64,000 nucleotides of DNA from Mytilus edulis (taxonomy: Eukaryota), in the NCBI RefSeq assembly GCF_963676685.1, contig NC_092355.1, forward strand, positions 73,470,001 through 73,534,000, in the 5' to 3' direction. The notes below the pieces were generated by a model. The model had not been told where the DNA came from and made no database searches. It was given only the letters and a program-made list of their open reading frames with translations. Made by a program: the position numbers and the translations under genes. Shown piece after piece: positions 1 to 11,856 of the stretch; within the stretch, counting starts at the first letter, position 1; every line of letters starts with the position of its first letter.

Positions 1-108
1 CGCTTCGATTTGACTGTTTATATTGCAGAAATGCTATAATAATGGTAGTTTTAATTTTAGTCAATTTTGTATAAATACACCCAGAGCAAACAGATGATTT
101 TTGTACAT

Positions 109-352
109 CTGGCCTTTGTTAGTCTTGTATTATTTTAACTTTTACTAGTTTCTTGTGTACAATTTGGAGTTAAGTATGGTGTTCATTATCACTGAACCAG
201 TATATGTTTGTTAAGGGGCCAGCTGAAGGACGCCTCCGGGTGCGGGAATTACTCGCTGCATTGAAGACCTGTTGGTGACCTTCTGCTGTTGTCTGCTCTA
301 TGGTCGGGTTGTTGTCTCTTTGGCCGATTCCCCATTTCCATTCTCAATTTTA
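109..352 (+). repeat. Dispersed repeat, same family as the 3' end of the Penelope-like copy at 11618-11856
   Basis: Near-identical to 11618-11856 (tggcctttgttagtcttgtatt...ccccatttccattctcaatttt). Diverged fragments of related repeats recur at about 1470, 2255, 30740, 35170, 37200, 42225, 49420 and 52395. Confidence 0.8.
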
Positions 353-2391
353 TTTAAATATATAAGATGCAAAAGTGATTAGAATAATCAAAGAATTTGA
401 CAACTTCCTTCTTGCAGTGCATTAATACATGAATAATCATGGCCATGCTATCTGCACTCTTATCGTCCCCCCACCCCCAAAAAAACCCCTAAACAACTCA
501 AAATAAAACACAAATGTTCAGGCCAGCAGAAAAACATGTACATACACTGCTGCGTATGCTCTCTTTCTTTATATGTAATTTATTTGGTATATACCATAAT
601 TGCATGTTGTCTGTAAATACTCAAACATTTTGGTGTGGATTGTTAGGAATTGGTGTTTATTGTTCAGGGGCAAATATTACATAAATATTAGCGAGAAAGT
701 GTTTATAAGGGTTTGGTTTATAATTTTCAGTGGCAAATATTACATAAATATCAGGTCGAGAGCATGTTCATTACAGATTTTGCTTTATGTTCAGTGGAAG
801 TAATTAATATCAATGGAACATCAGTATAATATCCATTTCAAACCTCCAATTTGCATCAGTAAGCCGAGCAATGCCTGAATGCCTGGTTAGAGAAAATGCG
901 TTCGGAGGATATGTCCAAATATAATACTTAAGCATGCACAAACTAACAAGAACAGAAGCGTAAACAGGTGCTTCGAAAAAAACATAACATTTAACTTTAT
1001 CTGATCAAGGAAGGTTTTGTCCTTGTTGTGAGTCTTGATGACACATTTCTATTTTTAGTTAACTGCAAAATTCTTGTTCTAAGTCATAATTTTGGTATAT
1101 ATATACTTTAAAAAATTCACACCACACTGAACAGGTGTAATAAATGTCAGGTTGATATCCCCAAGACATCAGGAGATCTGAAACTCCCTTATGTATATCA
1201 AAGCTTTCACACGATCCATGACAGACAGACAGACGGACGACCGAGAGAAAGAAAAGACACAAAGTAAAAAAAAAAAAAATGCACTTATGCTATTGTATAC
1301 GGGACACAGAAAGTATGTCCGACCCAAGGTTTTCTAGTCTCGTACGAGGCTGCGAACAGTATGTCAATATATATGTTCCCGTACGAGGCAACTGGAAAAA
1401 AAAAGAATAATTATAAATTTATTTTTATTGTAGTTTTGTTTGATAAAAGCATTGGGTATTGGCTTTGCTTTGGCGGTGACCTATAGTTGTTATTATCTGT
1501 GTCATTTTGGTCTCTTGTGGAGAGTTGTTTCATTGGTAATTATACCACATCTTCTTTTTTTATATGATATACTAGCATTTGATTTGAATTTAATCAAAGA
1601 ACAATCAGTATATAATTGCTTTTTAGTAATTTATTGCTCCATTCTCGATTGGTTTACACTTTATTGACGTGTGTGTTAAGTTTTCATCGACCATCTGTAT
1701 TGTTTCTATTTACCCCCTTGTGTTGTCTTTTTTTATCAACAAAATGACAACTCATTAACGACAATAGCAATAATAATATCACAATCAGACATTAAATATA
1801 TTGATCTGACGATAAAAAAACAAACGATGTGATGATATTATTACATAAAATAGGATGACATTTTGGCGGGTTTTACTGTTTGCTTATTACCATATTTTAT
1901 ATTAGTCAGAACAACCTATGTAAACCATAAGTACTTAACTGGTCATACAGTAACACGTATAATATTTACTTCCTATATGTATATGACTCTGAAGGTCGGA
2001 CTTGCTACCGTGAGTTTTTATTTATTTATCTAAAAAAATCAGGTAAGAAAATAATTATCAGGGGCGGATTCAGCCATTTTAAAAAGAAGATTCCAAACTT
2101 AGATAAAGGGGTCATGGGGTGGGGTTTCTAACCATATGTCCCCCTTCAAAAGTTTTGATCGTCAAAAAGGGGGGTCCAACTCCGGACCCCGTGGATCCGC
2201 CACTAGTGCAACAAACTGTCAATATAAATGAATGATCATATATGAAACCGTTTTAATAAATTTGAAAATGGAAATGTGGAATGTGTCAAAGAGACAACAA
2301 CCCGACCACAAGGCAGACAACACACATCATGTTTATAAATAAATCAACAGGTTGGGGACAACCCACCAAATGGGGAACTGTTCCCCAGATG

Positions 2392-2730
2392 AGTAACAAT
2401 CCCTCATTTGAGTTATAATTTCGTAGTGCAAAAAATCAAATTTTTCTTAAAAGAATCTTTTTCTTAAAATGGCACATATTCATGAAAAATACAGCAGATT
2501 TTCCATAAGATGCTCACCCCTATCTGCATTTACTGAGAAGATACAAGCCTATGAAAAATTGGAAAATTTGACTATTTTCAAGGCTTCTTAATTACTTTTT
2601 CAAAACCCATAATAAAAATATAGTTCTTTGGTAGAAGTTATTTCATTTTCTATAAATTTGTGCCATTTTACCTTAAAATATCATTTTTTTTAGCACTATG
2701 AAAATTACTCAAATGAGGGATATTGTTACT
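2392..2730. mobile_element. Non-autonomous TIR element (MITE)
   Basis: Inverted ends agtaacaatccctcatttgagt / actcaaatgagggatattgttact; no ORF inside. Confidence 0.55.
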
Positions 2731-2875
2731 GGATCATATTTCACATTTTGCTTGGTTTAGACAGAGACTGCTTCTTAATGAAATCACAGCTGTGTCGATT
2801 ATTTATTACAAAACTTTATTTTGATACTTTTTTGTAGATTAATTGAAGTCCATTAATTTCGAAAGACTAAGAGGA

Positions 2876-3916
2876 ATGTTTTCAAATCAAACCATCCAAG
2901 ACTTGGAAGAAGATAATTTTCGAAAGGATGGCATTGGAGTTACAATATTTTTATCTATACTTTGCGTTGTCGGTGTGTTTGGAAATGCGCATGCGTTTCT
3001 GATATACACTTTCCGTTTTAAACCAACGAATTGCCGTGTTTTTGTTCAATGGTTGTCATCGGTAGATATTGCAGTGTGTGTTATCTGCATCCCATTCGAA
3101 ATATCCATTGTCGTTCTGAATATGACATTTAAGTATGACATCGTTTGCAAAATATTTCGATTCCTTACGCATGCTCTAGTGATGGCATCCGGTTTCATGT
3201 TAGCAGTCATTGCAATCCACCGAAAAAGAAAACTAGGGAATCCCCATGGCCGTCAATTTACACTAAAGAGGGCACACATTGCTTGTTTTGTAGTACTAAT
3301 AATAGCAGGGCTAATATCTGTACCAAGTGTTTATTTTTATGGTGCTGTAGAAACTGGAACCCCGGATGTAGAACGTTACCAGTGTACAGTCGATCCGAAA
3401 CATTTTATGTCATCTTATTTTATTATATTCATTGGTTTTTTAGCGGTTTTATTGAATATTTTATACATAATTTGCATTATCGCATATTCAATTGTTATAA
3501 AGATAATTACGAGCCAGATCAATAGTAGGTTCTCTACAAGGCTGCAGACAAATGTCTATTTACCAAAAAGCAACAGTGATCAAAAGGAAAAGACACGTGA
3601 TAAAACTGAAAAACCGAATGACAGTCTTAAATACTCGCGGGATATTTCATTTTTATTCATTGCGGCATCAACTATGTCTTATATTGGATATTTGTTAACT
3701 GTGACCAGCTTTTTAATTGATTTTATCAATCCAGACACTACTGGCCCCTTTAAATCCGTGTCGGCCATTTTGTACAGAGGATTTTTCATTAGTAGTGCGG
3801 GGAATCCTGTCGTTTATCTGTTTCTGGAAAGACAGTTCAGAGTGGAATGTAAAAATGTTTATTCAAAATTGTTTGGAAAATGTAGTTGGAGCAAGGAAAT
3901 AACGATTACCGTATAA
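2876..3916 (+). CDS. Class A (rhodopsin-like) GPCR, neuropeptide-receptor-like, single coding exon, 346 aa
   Basis: Seven hydrophobic segments; TM1 GN; TM2 LSSVD; TM3 Cys with IAIHR (DRY variant); ECL2 Cys; TM7 NPVVY followed by FR helix 8; N-terminal NQT sequon. First in-frame ATG at 2876, after a ttgtag acceptor at 2837. Confidence 0.9.
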   Translation: MFSNQTIQDLEEDNFRKDGIGVTIFLSILCVVGVFGNAHAFLIYTFRFKPTNCRVFVQWLSSVDIAVCVICIPFEISIVVLNMTFKYDIVCKIFRFLTHALVMASGFMLAVIAIHRKRKLGNPHGRQFTLKRAHIACFVVLIIAGLISVPSVYFYGAVETGTPDVERYQCTVDPKHFMSSYFIIFIGFLAVLLNILYIICIIAYSIVIKIITSQINSRFSTRLQTNVYLPKSNSDQKEKTRDKTEKPNDSLKYSRDISFLFIAASTMSYIGYLLTVTSFLIDFINPDTTGPFKSVSAILYRGFFISSAGNPVVYLFLERQFRVECKNVYSKLFGKCSWSKEITITV

Positions 3917-3923
3917 GTGTCTT

Positions 3924-4125
3924 CAGAGCAGGAACATAGCTACAACTGACCGTGCAAGGGCTGTATAGCCAGTCAAGATAGTTTAAAACTTCAACAATCA
4001 TCATAACTATTTCCGTATAAATGCTGTCAGAGCAAGAACATAACTACAACCCACCGTGCAAGGGATGTATAGCCAGTCAATGTCGTTAAAAACATCCACC
4101 ATCAGCATAACTATGACCATATAAA
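3924..4125 (+). repeat. Two-copy ~104-bp tandem duplication just 3' of the GPCR stop
   Basis: cagagcaRgaacataRctacaac..accgtgcaaggg.tgtatagccagtcaa...cataactat...tataaat occurs twice. Confidence 0.8.
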
Positions 4126-5059
4126 TCTAAAATCTTATTCTATCGAAACTGGATAACTCATAACAAGATCAGCGTTCTATCTTTTGATCAGTTGGTAATG
4201 GTCCATAACATAAATTATAATTGTTCTCACATAATCGTAAGTGCTTCCATCTGTCAATATTAAAGTCAACAGACAACTTAACTCGAATAATTCAAGCCCT
4301 TTCCGTGTCCGATTTTCTCCCACACGAGGTTAATGTAGCCTTCGTAGATCAGCGGAATATAACGACTGAATTATTCGGGTTATAGACAATTCGAGTTCGT
4401 CAATTCCGTCAAAATTTTCGACTTAGAGAACACCATTCGTGTGTTTATGGGCGTCGTTCAAAATTACGAATGATGAACAACAATCTAGATCGAATGACGA
4501 TCACGAAGACGCTTGATGAACTTTAATAGAAACAACTCGAAAGAGTTCTACTTTATCTGTTATTTTAATGGCTATTTTGTTCTGTCGATTTTATAAATAA
4601 TTATATCTGGCGGACTTCATGTCAAAATAAGACGATTTATATCGTTTGATCTTTGATAAACTTAAGTTTGTAATCGTGTAAAGTATGTTGGCTTTTTTAA
4701 ATGCCGGATTAAAAAAAGTTACTCAGAAGTTACTATTCACTTCCGAAAGTACTGCTACACATTTTAAATTTTTTTCATGTTTCATTTTTTATCGACACAA
4801 CGCACTACACGAAGGAGATTATTGTTTGTCATCATCAACGAGAATATAAAATACAATCGAATGTGAAAAGTTTATTATGTTAAAAAGACTAATCAAATCT
4901 GAATTATCCCAAGTTTTAATAAAATGTGGTTTAAGGCATAAAGTTATGGCCTATGTTATGTTATCATTTATCCTGATTTAAATGCAATCTATAGAGTATA
5001 CAAACATCTAATTCGTGCTTTAATGTCAATAAAAGTATTACTTTTCTATCTTTCTTTAT

Positions 5060-5762
5060 TTTTACGGGACGTATTATGTTATACAAATGTCCGATGTCCG
5101 TCCGTCTGTCTGTCCGTCTGTCCGTCTGTTTGTCCGGCGTAAACATGTCGCACCGTAACTTGAGAACGACTTATCCAAATTTTATGAAACTTAATATAGT
5201 TGTTTCTTATGATGGTCAAATGATCTGTATACTTTTTTGTGAAAATAAGATTTAAACTTTTTGAGTTACAGCATTTTGTAACTAAAACAGGGGTGTGTTT
5301 TTTTCACATGTCGCACCGTATCTCAAAAACGATTCTTGATTATGGCTTAAAACTTTAAAGACTTCTTAGTTATATTAATCTTAATATCTGTATACTTTTT
5401 GGGGATGATTCAAAATTTTTATTTTTGAGTTATTGAGTATTTTGTTAAACAGGGGACTTTTTTTTACATGTCATACCGTATCTCAAAAATAATATATGAT
5501 TTTTGCTTAAAACTATACACACTTCCATGTTATATTAATCTAAAGATCTGTATACTTTTTGGTTTTGTTTTAAAATTTTATTTGAGTGATATTTAGTTTT
5601 TTGTAAAAAAAAAAAACAGGATGGGGGTTTCACATGTCCCGCCGTGTCTAAAAAACAATATATGGTTATTGCTTAAAACTTTCTCAAAAACTATTTATGA
5701 TTATTGCATAAAACTTCAACACAAGACGTCGGGCGTATCATGCGCTCATGGCGCAGCTGTTT
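5060..5762 (+). mobile_element. Helentron/HINE (DINE-1-like) non-autonomous element
   Basis: (gtcc/gtct)n microsatellite near the 5' end, internal ~160-bp tandem units (acatgtcgcaccgta...), 3' hairpin tgcgctcatggcgca, T-rich flanks. Confidence 0.65.
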
Positions 5763-5899
5763 ATTAAAGTTTAAGCAATAACAAATCTCCGTGTATTAGG
5801 GTAACATAAATACCGTTTACTCAGACGTTCTTTGACATTACCTATGGCAAGCCGTTCTCGTCAAAACTATGTTTAAACCCTTTTTTCGAAAAATATACA

Positions 5900-6120
5900 T
5901 ACTGAGAATTAAAAAAAAACACACTGAGATTAAAAAACCTAAAATAACACACTGAGAAATCGAAATTACACAGTCACTGAGATTTTAAAATTTCACACTG
6001 AGATTTAAAAAAATGAAAAACACACACTGAGAATTCAACATTACACACTGAGATTTTAAAAAGACACACTGATAATTATTAATTACACACTCAGATTTCA
6101 AAAACACACACTGAGATTAA
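5900..6120 (+). repeat. Array of (a)cacactgaga units; left arm of a putative foldback-type element
   Basis: About 10 copies of cactgaga separated by A-rich spacers; reverse-complement arrays at 54630-54820 and 55999-56077. Confidence 0.7.
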
Positions 6121-6548
6121 TATGCAAATTACTAATAAATATTCATGAGATTGTAACGGAGTTTCGCAGCTGTGTTATAATCTCCCTTTGCTAAACACGG
6201 AATGACGCAAAATGAACTATGTCACTGTCAGAGAAAGGAATAACAAAGTGCATATTTAGATAAATTATATAGTAATGATTTGGTAGACGTTTCAACAAAC
6301 TTACTGAATATTTAAGAGAAGATTTTGCCATTCTTATGGAGGAATTATACCGTCTGAAATGGACTTGTGAAAAGTATAGACTTGTTAAAGAAATATTTTG
6401 TACTGGGTCTCTAATTGACCACTTGGATTTATCATTAATCCGCTTAACATCATTTACATCATCGATTTATCATTAATCCGACCATTGAATATTTGCTCTT
6501 ACTCATCCAAATTTATGTTTTGACTTCACTGTTCACATGTTAAAGATG

Positions 6549-9500
6549 CACGGTGGGTATGGTTGTCCTGCGAGAGAACGTACTGTGCTGGTGATTTGGT
6601 CCTGACGGGTGCTGGTGGGTCCTGATTCTGTGCTGGTGGGTTTGTTTACATTGTATCAGAACGGCAATAAAACGACTGTTTTGTTGCTTAATTTTTCTCT
6701 GATGTGTCATAAGTACCATGCAAAGTGTATTACAACAATATTATATTGCAAAAGTCGTGCAAGTTCGTTTAACGGAATTGTCCTGACGCTGTGCTGGTGA
6801 TAAGAAAAACGGTCCTGGTTCTGTGCTCCTATGTCCTGGTTCTGTGCTTTTATATTTTAGTTAAAAGTGGCATATATTCAAGAGCATTGATGCTGTACTG
6901 TTGTTGACTAATTAGCTGTTGTCTGCTTTCTTGAAATTGACATTGTTGTGAATCTGTTTACTGTTATTATGAGAGAAAAAATACCCCTATTTTAAAAAAA
7001 AAAAATTGAAATTAACTGTAATCTTATTTATTGGCCTGTTAATGGAACCCTTCTTGCCCCCTTTTAAGATAAGAAAATATGTTTACGATTTTCGGGATTA
7101 CGATCATTTTGCAAGATCACCAAAATACGTTGTAATTTATACAATACTTAATATAGTGTAGATGATGTGGTATGTTTGTTGTCAATGGACAAATTTCCAT
7201 AAGAAACCAAAGGAAGTATGTGTTAACAACCATACGTCATCGTACGACCTTCAACAATAACCCATAAAATAAAAATGTGAAAGGTTTTGCATAAATATAG
7301 AACAAAGGACTTTCTGAGCGTTTGAATCATGTCTTTAGCAGCTTAAAACACATTTGTTTGTGAACAATTGAGTGTTGACTATAAGAATGACAATAGTATT
7401 GCGGGTTTGTTTGTTTGGTGGTTTTTTTGGGGGGAGGGAGGGGGATAAGTTAGAGCGAGGTTACAGTGAAAGCTTGGAATAGTTTCCCGTAAAATTTTAA
7501 AGGTGGATTGTAAAAGAAAAATGTATCTTATATTAGCCTTGGTCACACCTTACCGGATAGCTCGAACGGACGCCTAACGGATAACTTTTTCTCAATCCGT
7601 TCATGTCCGTTGGACGTCCGTTCTTATCCGTTAGGCGTCCGTCCATATCCGTTGCATGTCCGTTAAGCGTCCGTTTTATCCGTTGACGTCCGTTCTGTCC
7701 GGTGGAAAATTTTGAGCATGTTCAAACTTTGAACGGACGTCCAACGGATAAAATGTCCGTTGAACGTCCGTTAGGCATCCGTTTTGTACGGTACTCGTCC
7801 GTTTTGTATCCGTTATGCATCCGTTGGAGATCCGGTAGACCAATTCACCAACGGATGTCTACCGGACGCCTAACGGATAAAACGGATGTAAAACGGATAT
7901 TAACGGAAGGATAACGGATAAAACGGATGACTACCGGATGTAAAATGGACAAATGCCAATTGCTCATGGTTTATTGCCTTTAATCTTTAGATGGTTTATT
8001 GCCTTTAATTTTTAGATGGTTTATTGCCTTTAATTTTCAGATTATTTTTTTCATCCGTTTTATCCGTTACGTTTCCATTAGGTGTCTGTTTTATCCGGTA
8101 TTCGTCCGTTGGATGTACGTTTGACGTCCATTCTGTCCGGTACGTATCCGTTTCACGTACGTTCAGTGTCCGTTGTGTGTCCGTTTGGCATTCGTTACAT
8201 GTTCGTTAGTACACCAACGGACTCCCAACAGATACAAATTTTGTCAACGGATAACTTTTTTTTTATCCGTTAGGCGTCCGTTCGAGCTATCCGGTAAGGT
8301 GTGACCGAGGCTATAGCTATTAAGAATCACTTGCTGTAAGATTTTTCCAACATATTGTTTTTTGTCTAAGCGGTTATCAGGTATTTGCTTTTCGAAAATT
8401 CGATAAAACACTAAAAAAATCACTATTTTATGAAAGGGCAAGCTAAAATATGTCAGAGAATGAAGACGAGATAACCTAGAAAACACTAAAAAAACCTAAG
8501 ATTTCTTAGCTTTTTCATTTCAAAATAAATATTTTTGATAAAGAATTACGGGGGAGGAAGTGAACAATGTGTCCTACTTTTCTATATTTAAATATTTTTC
8601 ATGAATAAAAATCAAATGTGCCTTGATTATAATTGAAAATGAGTAAATGGAAAAAATACCCAACTAAAATACACTTTTATTTTAATATTGGTAATATCAC
8701 TAAGCTTTTAAGTTTTGTGTGTCAAACACACCATCTCTGTAGTTATGACTCCTTACTAAGATATTTCACTTCATTCATTTTTTTTCTGCATTTTTTTATA
8801 TTGTGAATTCATAGAATTATTATATTAAAATGTAGCCTTAATTTATATTTAAAAAACATAAACACGCCTGGAAAGTAAAATGTGTACTCGGCTGTCTGTA
8901 ATCGACCATTTTTAGACACCCCAGGCTCCTAAAAAAGACAAGCCGGGGTGGGGGTTCAAAGATGCAAATTAAGTACTTATATCAATATTTTATCTTTTCG
9001 TGTACGGTTTATGACAATGTCAATTACGAAATGTGCATATATCAAGGGGAAACTTCTTGCAAAGCATTATTATTTATTATAGTTCATTATTGTATTTAGT
9101 AGAAAAAAGAGAATTTAGTGAAAATAAAATCACTATTTTTGTAGAAAATTCACAGACCTTTGTACAGAGATTTTTGTTATGTTTAGCATGGGATCAACAC
9201 AAGGGTTCATTACCGAGTAAACAAACAAAATGTCTATCTACCTTGCACATTTCAGAAAATTCGGATAAGATAACGAAACTAGGTCCAGCAACATTTATAA
9301 GCAATTTAAGATTTTGACCCTCACAGTTTCCATGCATGCATTTACCACAAATATTCTCGTTACAACGAATCATTTTAAATACAAAAATACCAGTTGCAGC
9401 CTTTCGTTTATCTATTAATATATGTATACGGATGAAGTTATGAAAGGCAGCAGGGTGATCAGGGTGCAGGAGTCCATGTCATCTGAAATAAATGCTAAGC

Positions 9501-10287
9501 ATAGATCTAGAAAGCGACAGATAATCATGACATTAACTTAAACTCTCTTCCTTTCGACTTTTTTCGAACAAATTGACACATAAAATGAATTATATAGTAT
9601 TGTGGAATTTTTAACTTATTTTAGATACTATATATTGTTATCTGATATTGGACGAAAGATGTTGCCCTTTTATGTTATTATGTAATACAAGTTAAGATCA
9701 TTTGAAAACACATATTAAACAGCCAAATGGATGCACAAGAGCTAAAATAGGAGTCATAGATCCTGTTGGCAACAATTATCTGCCCAATTTTATTGATTTT
9801 GTAACATTTGTTTCAAATATGACCAACTTCTTATCCAAAATCACCAGCACCGTATCAGGACCCACCAGCACAATGACAGGACCCACCATCACAGTATCAG
9901 GACATGAATAAATTGAGAAAATGCTAAATTTTAAGAAATTGCAATGTTTTTTCACAAAATTGTTTTGTCGTGTGGATTGCGGTATAGAAAGCGGACTCTA
10001 TGAGCATTTTTGTTTTATTTTTTCAGTTCGAGATTTTCTGAAAATGAGCATTTTTGTGTTACGCTTACTGAAACAGTTTAGAGGGTCAATTTTTTAATGG
10101 TTTATATATGAACCCATAAGAAACGAAATTGAAAAATCTCAACTGTTTTCTTCCATTTTTTATGAGTCAAAACGTCAAAAATCATCATTTTCGTCTTTGT
10201 TTACATTTTTTCATTGATCACCAGCACCCGTCAGGACCGAATCACCAGCACAGTACGTTCTCTCGCAGGACAACCATACCCACCGTG
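6549..10287. mobile_element. Non-autonomous Transib-like DNA transposon
   Basis: 69-bp TIRs (6549-6617 / 10219-10287, one mismatch) beginning CACGGTG; 5-bp TSD AGATG at 6544-6548 and 10288-10292. CAC...GTG termini with a 5-bp TSD are the Transib signature. No transposase ORF. Confidence 0.8.
7535..8312. mobile_element. PIF/Harbinger-like MITE nested in the Transib-like element
   Basis: ~50-bp TIRs agccttggtcacaccttaccggatagctcgaacggacgcctaacggataa; interior built of aacgga/tccgtt units; TSD ambiguous. Confidence 0.7.
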
Positions 10288-10730
10288 AGATGTGTATTTT
10301 AATAAAGTATCTGAACATCTGTATTTGGTCTCATTTGCCAGAGCTCAGTCCCAGTGGAACGAACCATTAATCAACAAGAGGGAACGGTGACGCATAGCCA
10401 CCCGACCCTCCTGTTACAAGATGAATAATTCAACAGATTAATATCTTGATCTCCGGAACTCTTGTCATTATTATGAAATGCGATTCCTTCAAACAACATT
10501 CGTAATAAATTTCAAGACTTAACATCGTTTTTTGCTTACTCATACTCATAAGTTTGTTGCCTATAATTCAGATTATTACTACCAGTGTATCGGGACTTTT
10601 TTTTACCTAAAATTGGTTAAGCATGGGTCCCTCTGGGGTCCCTTTTCAAGTCTTCCAACTCCGTAGGCAAAACCATTAACGCATTTGATCGAAAACTTTT
10701 AAAGTTATGTTATAATACTGAACTTACTAA

Positions 10731-11856
10731 ATTTATGATAAAAGAGATGATTTTTCATTTCCTATCGTTAATTATCCATTTTTAGATGGTGACGTTCCCT
10801 TGTTACCATCTTACGGTGTTTATATATCTCAACTTGTACGATTCGCTGGTGTATGTAACAATGTTTTAGATTTTAACGAGAGAAATTTATGTATTACTGA
10901 AAAATTATTACACCAGGGTTTTCGATATCACAAACTAGTCAAAACATTTACTAAATTTTATCATCGGTATAAGGACATCATTCGTAAATATAGCTCAACA
11001 TGCAGACTTCTTATACGTTCAGGTATTTCACATCCATTTTTTTATGGAAATATTCTTTATAAAGCACAAAGGTGTCAGTATTCACCTCAAAAACTAACAA
11101 AACCTTTGAATAGACTTATTAAGAAGGGATATAGTTACGATACTGTTGTCAGGTCATTAAAGATTGCATATTTTGGCATTAATATTGATTCACTTATAGG
11201 GTCTTTGCATCGGAACTAAACACATTTATTCAAAAACCAGTTGTTGGCATGACACGGGTTATGTTCTTCTCATATATGTTATGATGGTATAATACTAAAC
11301 CCCTTACAGGAAGGATTGTGCCTGATGTTCATATGATGAAATCATAATCTTTCAGTCAGTTTAATTGAAGTCTGGAGCTGGCATGTCAGTTAACTGCTAG
11401 TAGTCTGTTGTTATTTATGTATTATTGTTATTTTGTTTATTTTCTTTGGTTACATCTTCTGACATCAGACTCGGACTTCTCTTGAACTGAATTTTAATGT
11501 GCGTATTGTTATGCGTTTACTTTTCTACATTGGCTAGAGGTATAGGGGAAGGGTTGAGATCTCACAAACATGTTTAACCCCGCCGCATTTTTGCGCCTGT
11601 CCCAAGTCAGGAGCCTCTGGCCTTTGTTAGTCTTGTATTATTTTAATTTTAGTTTCTTGTGTACAATTTGGAAATTTTTATGGCGTTCATTATCACTGAA
11701 CTAGTATATATTTGTTTAGGGGCCAGCTGAAGGACGCCTCCGGGTGCGGGAATTTCTCGCTACACTGAAGACCTGTTGGTGACCTTCTGCTGTTGTTTTT
11801 TTTCTATAGTCGGGTTGTTGTCTCTTTGGCACATTCCCCATTTCCATTCTCAATTT
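10731..11856 (+). mobile_element. 5'-truncated Penelope-like retroelement (RT C-terminal region plus 3' non-coding part)
   Basis: Frame reads IYDKRDDFSFPIVNYPFLDGDVPLLPSYGVYISQLVRF...LLHQGFRYHKL, typical of the Penelope-like RT C-terminus; the 3' part matches the abundant repeat at 109-352. Confidence 0.75.

Noticed and set aside
7702-8486. Short ORFs of 61-80 aa in the aacgga/tccgtt region
   Set aside because: They are by-products of the MITE's internal repeats and show no protein motifs.
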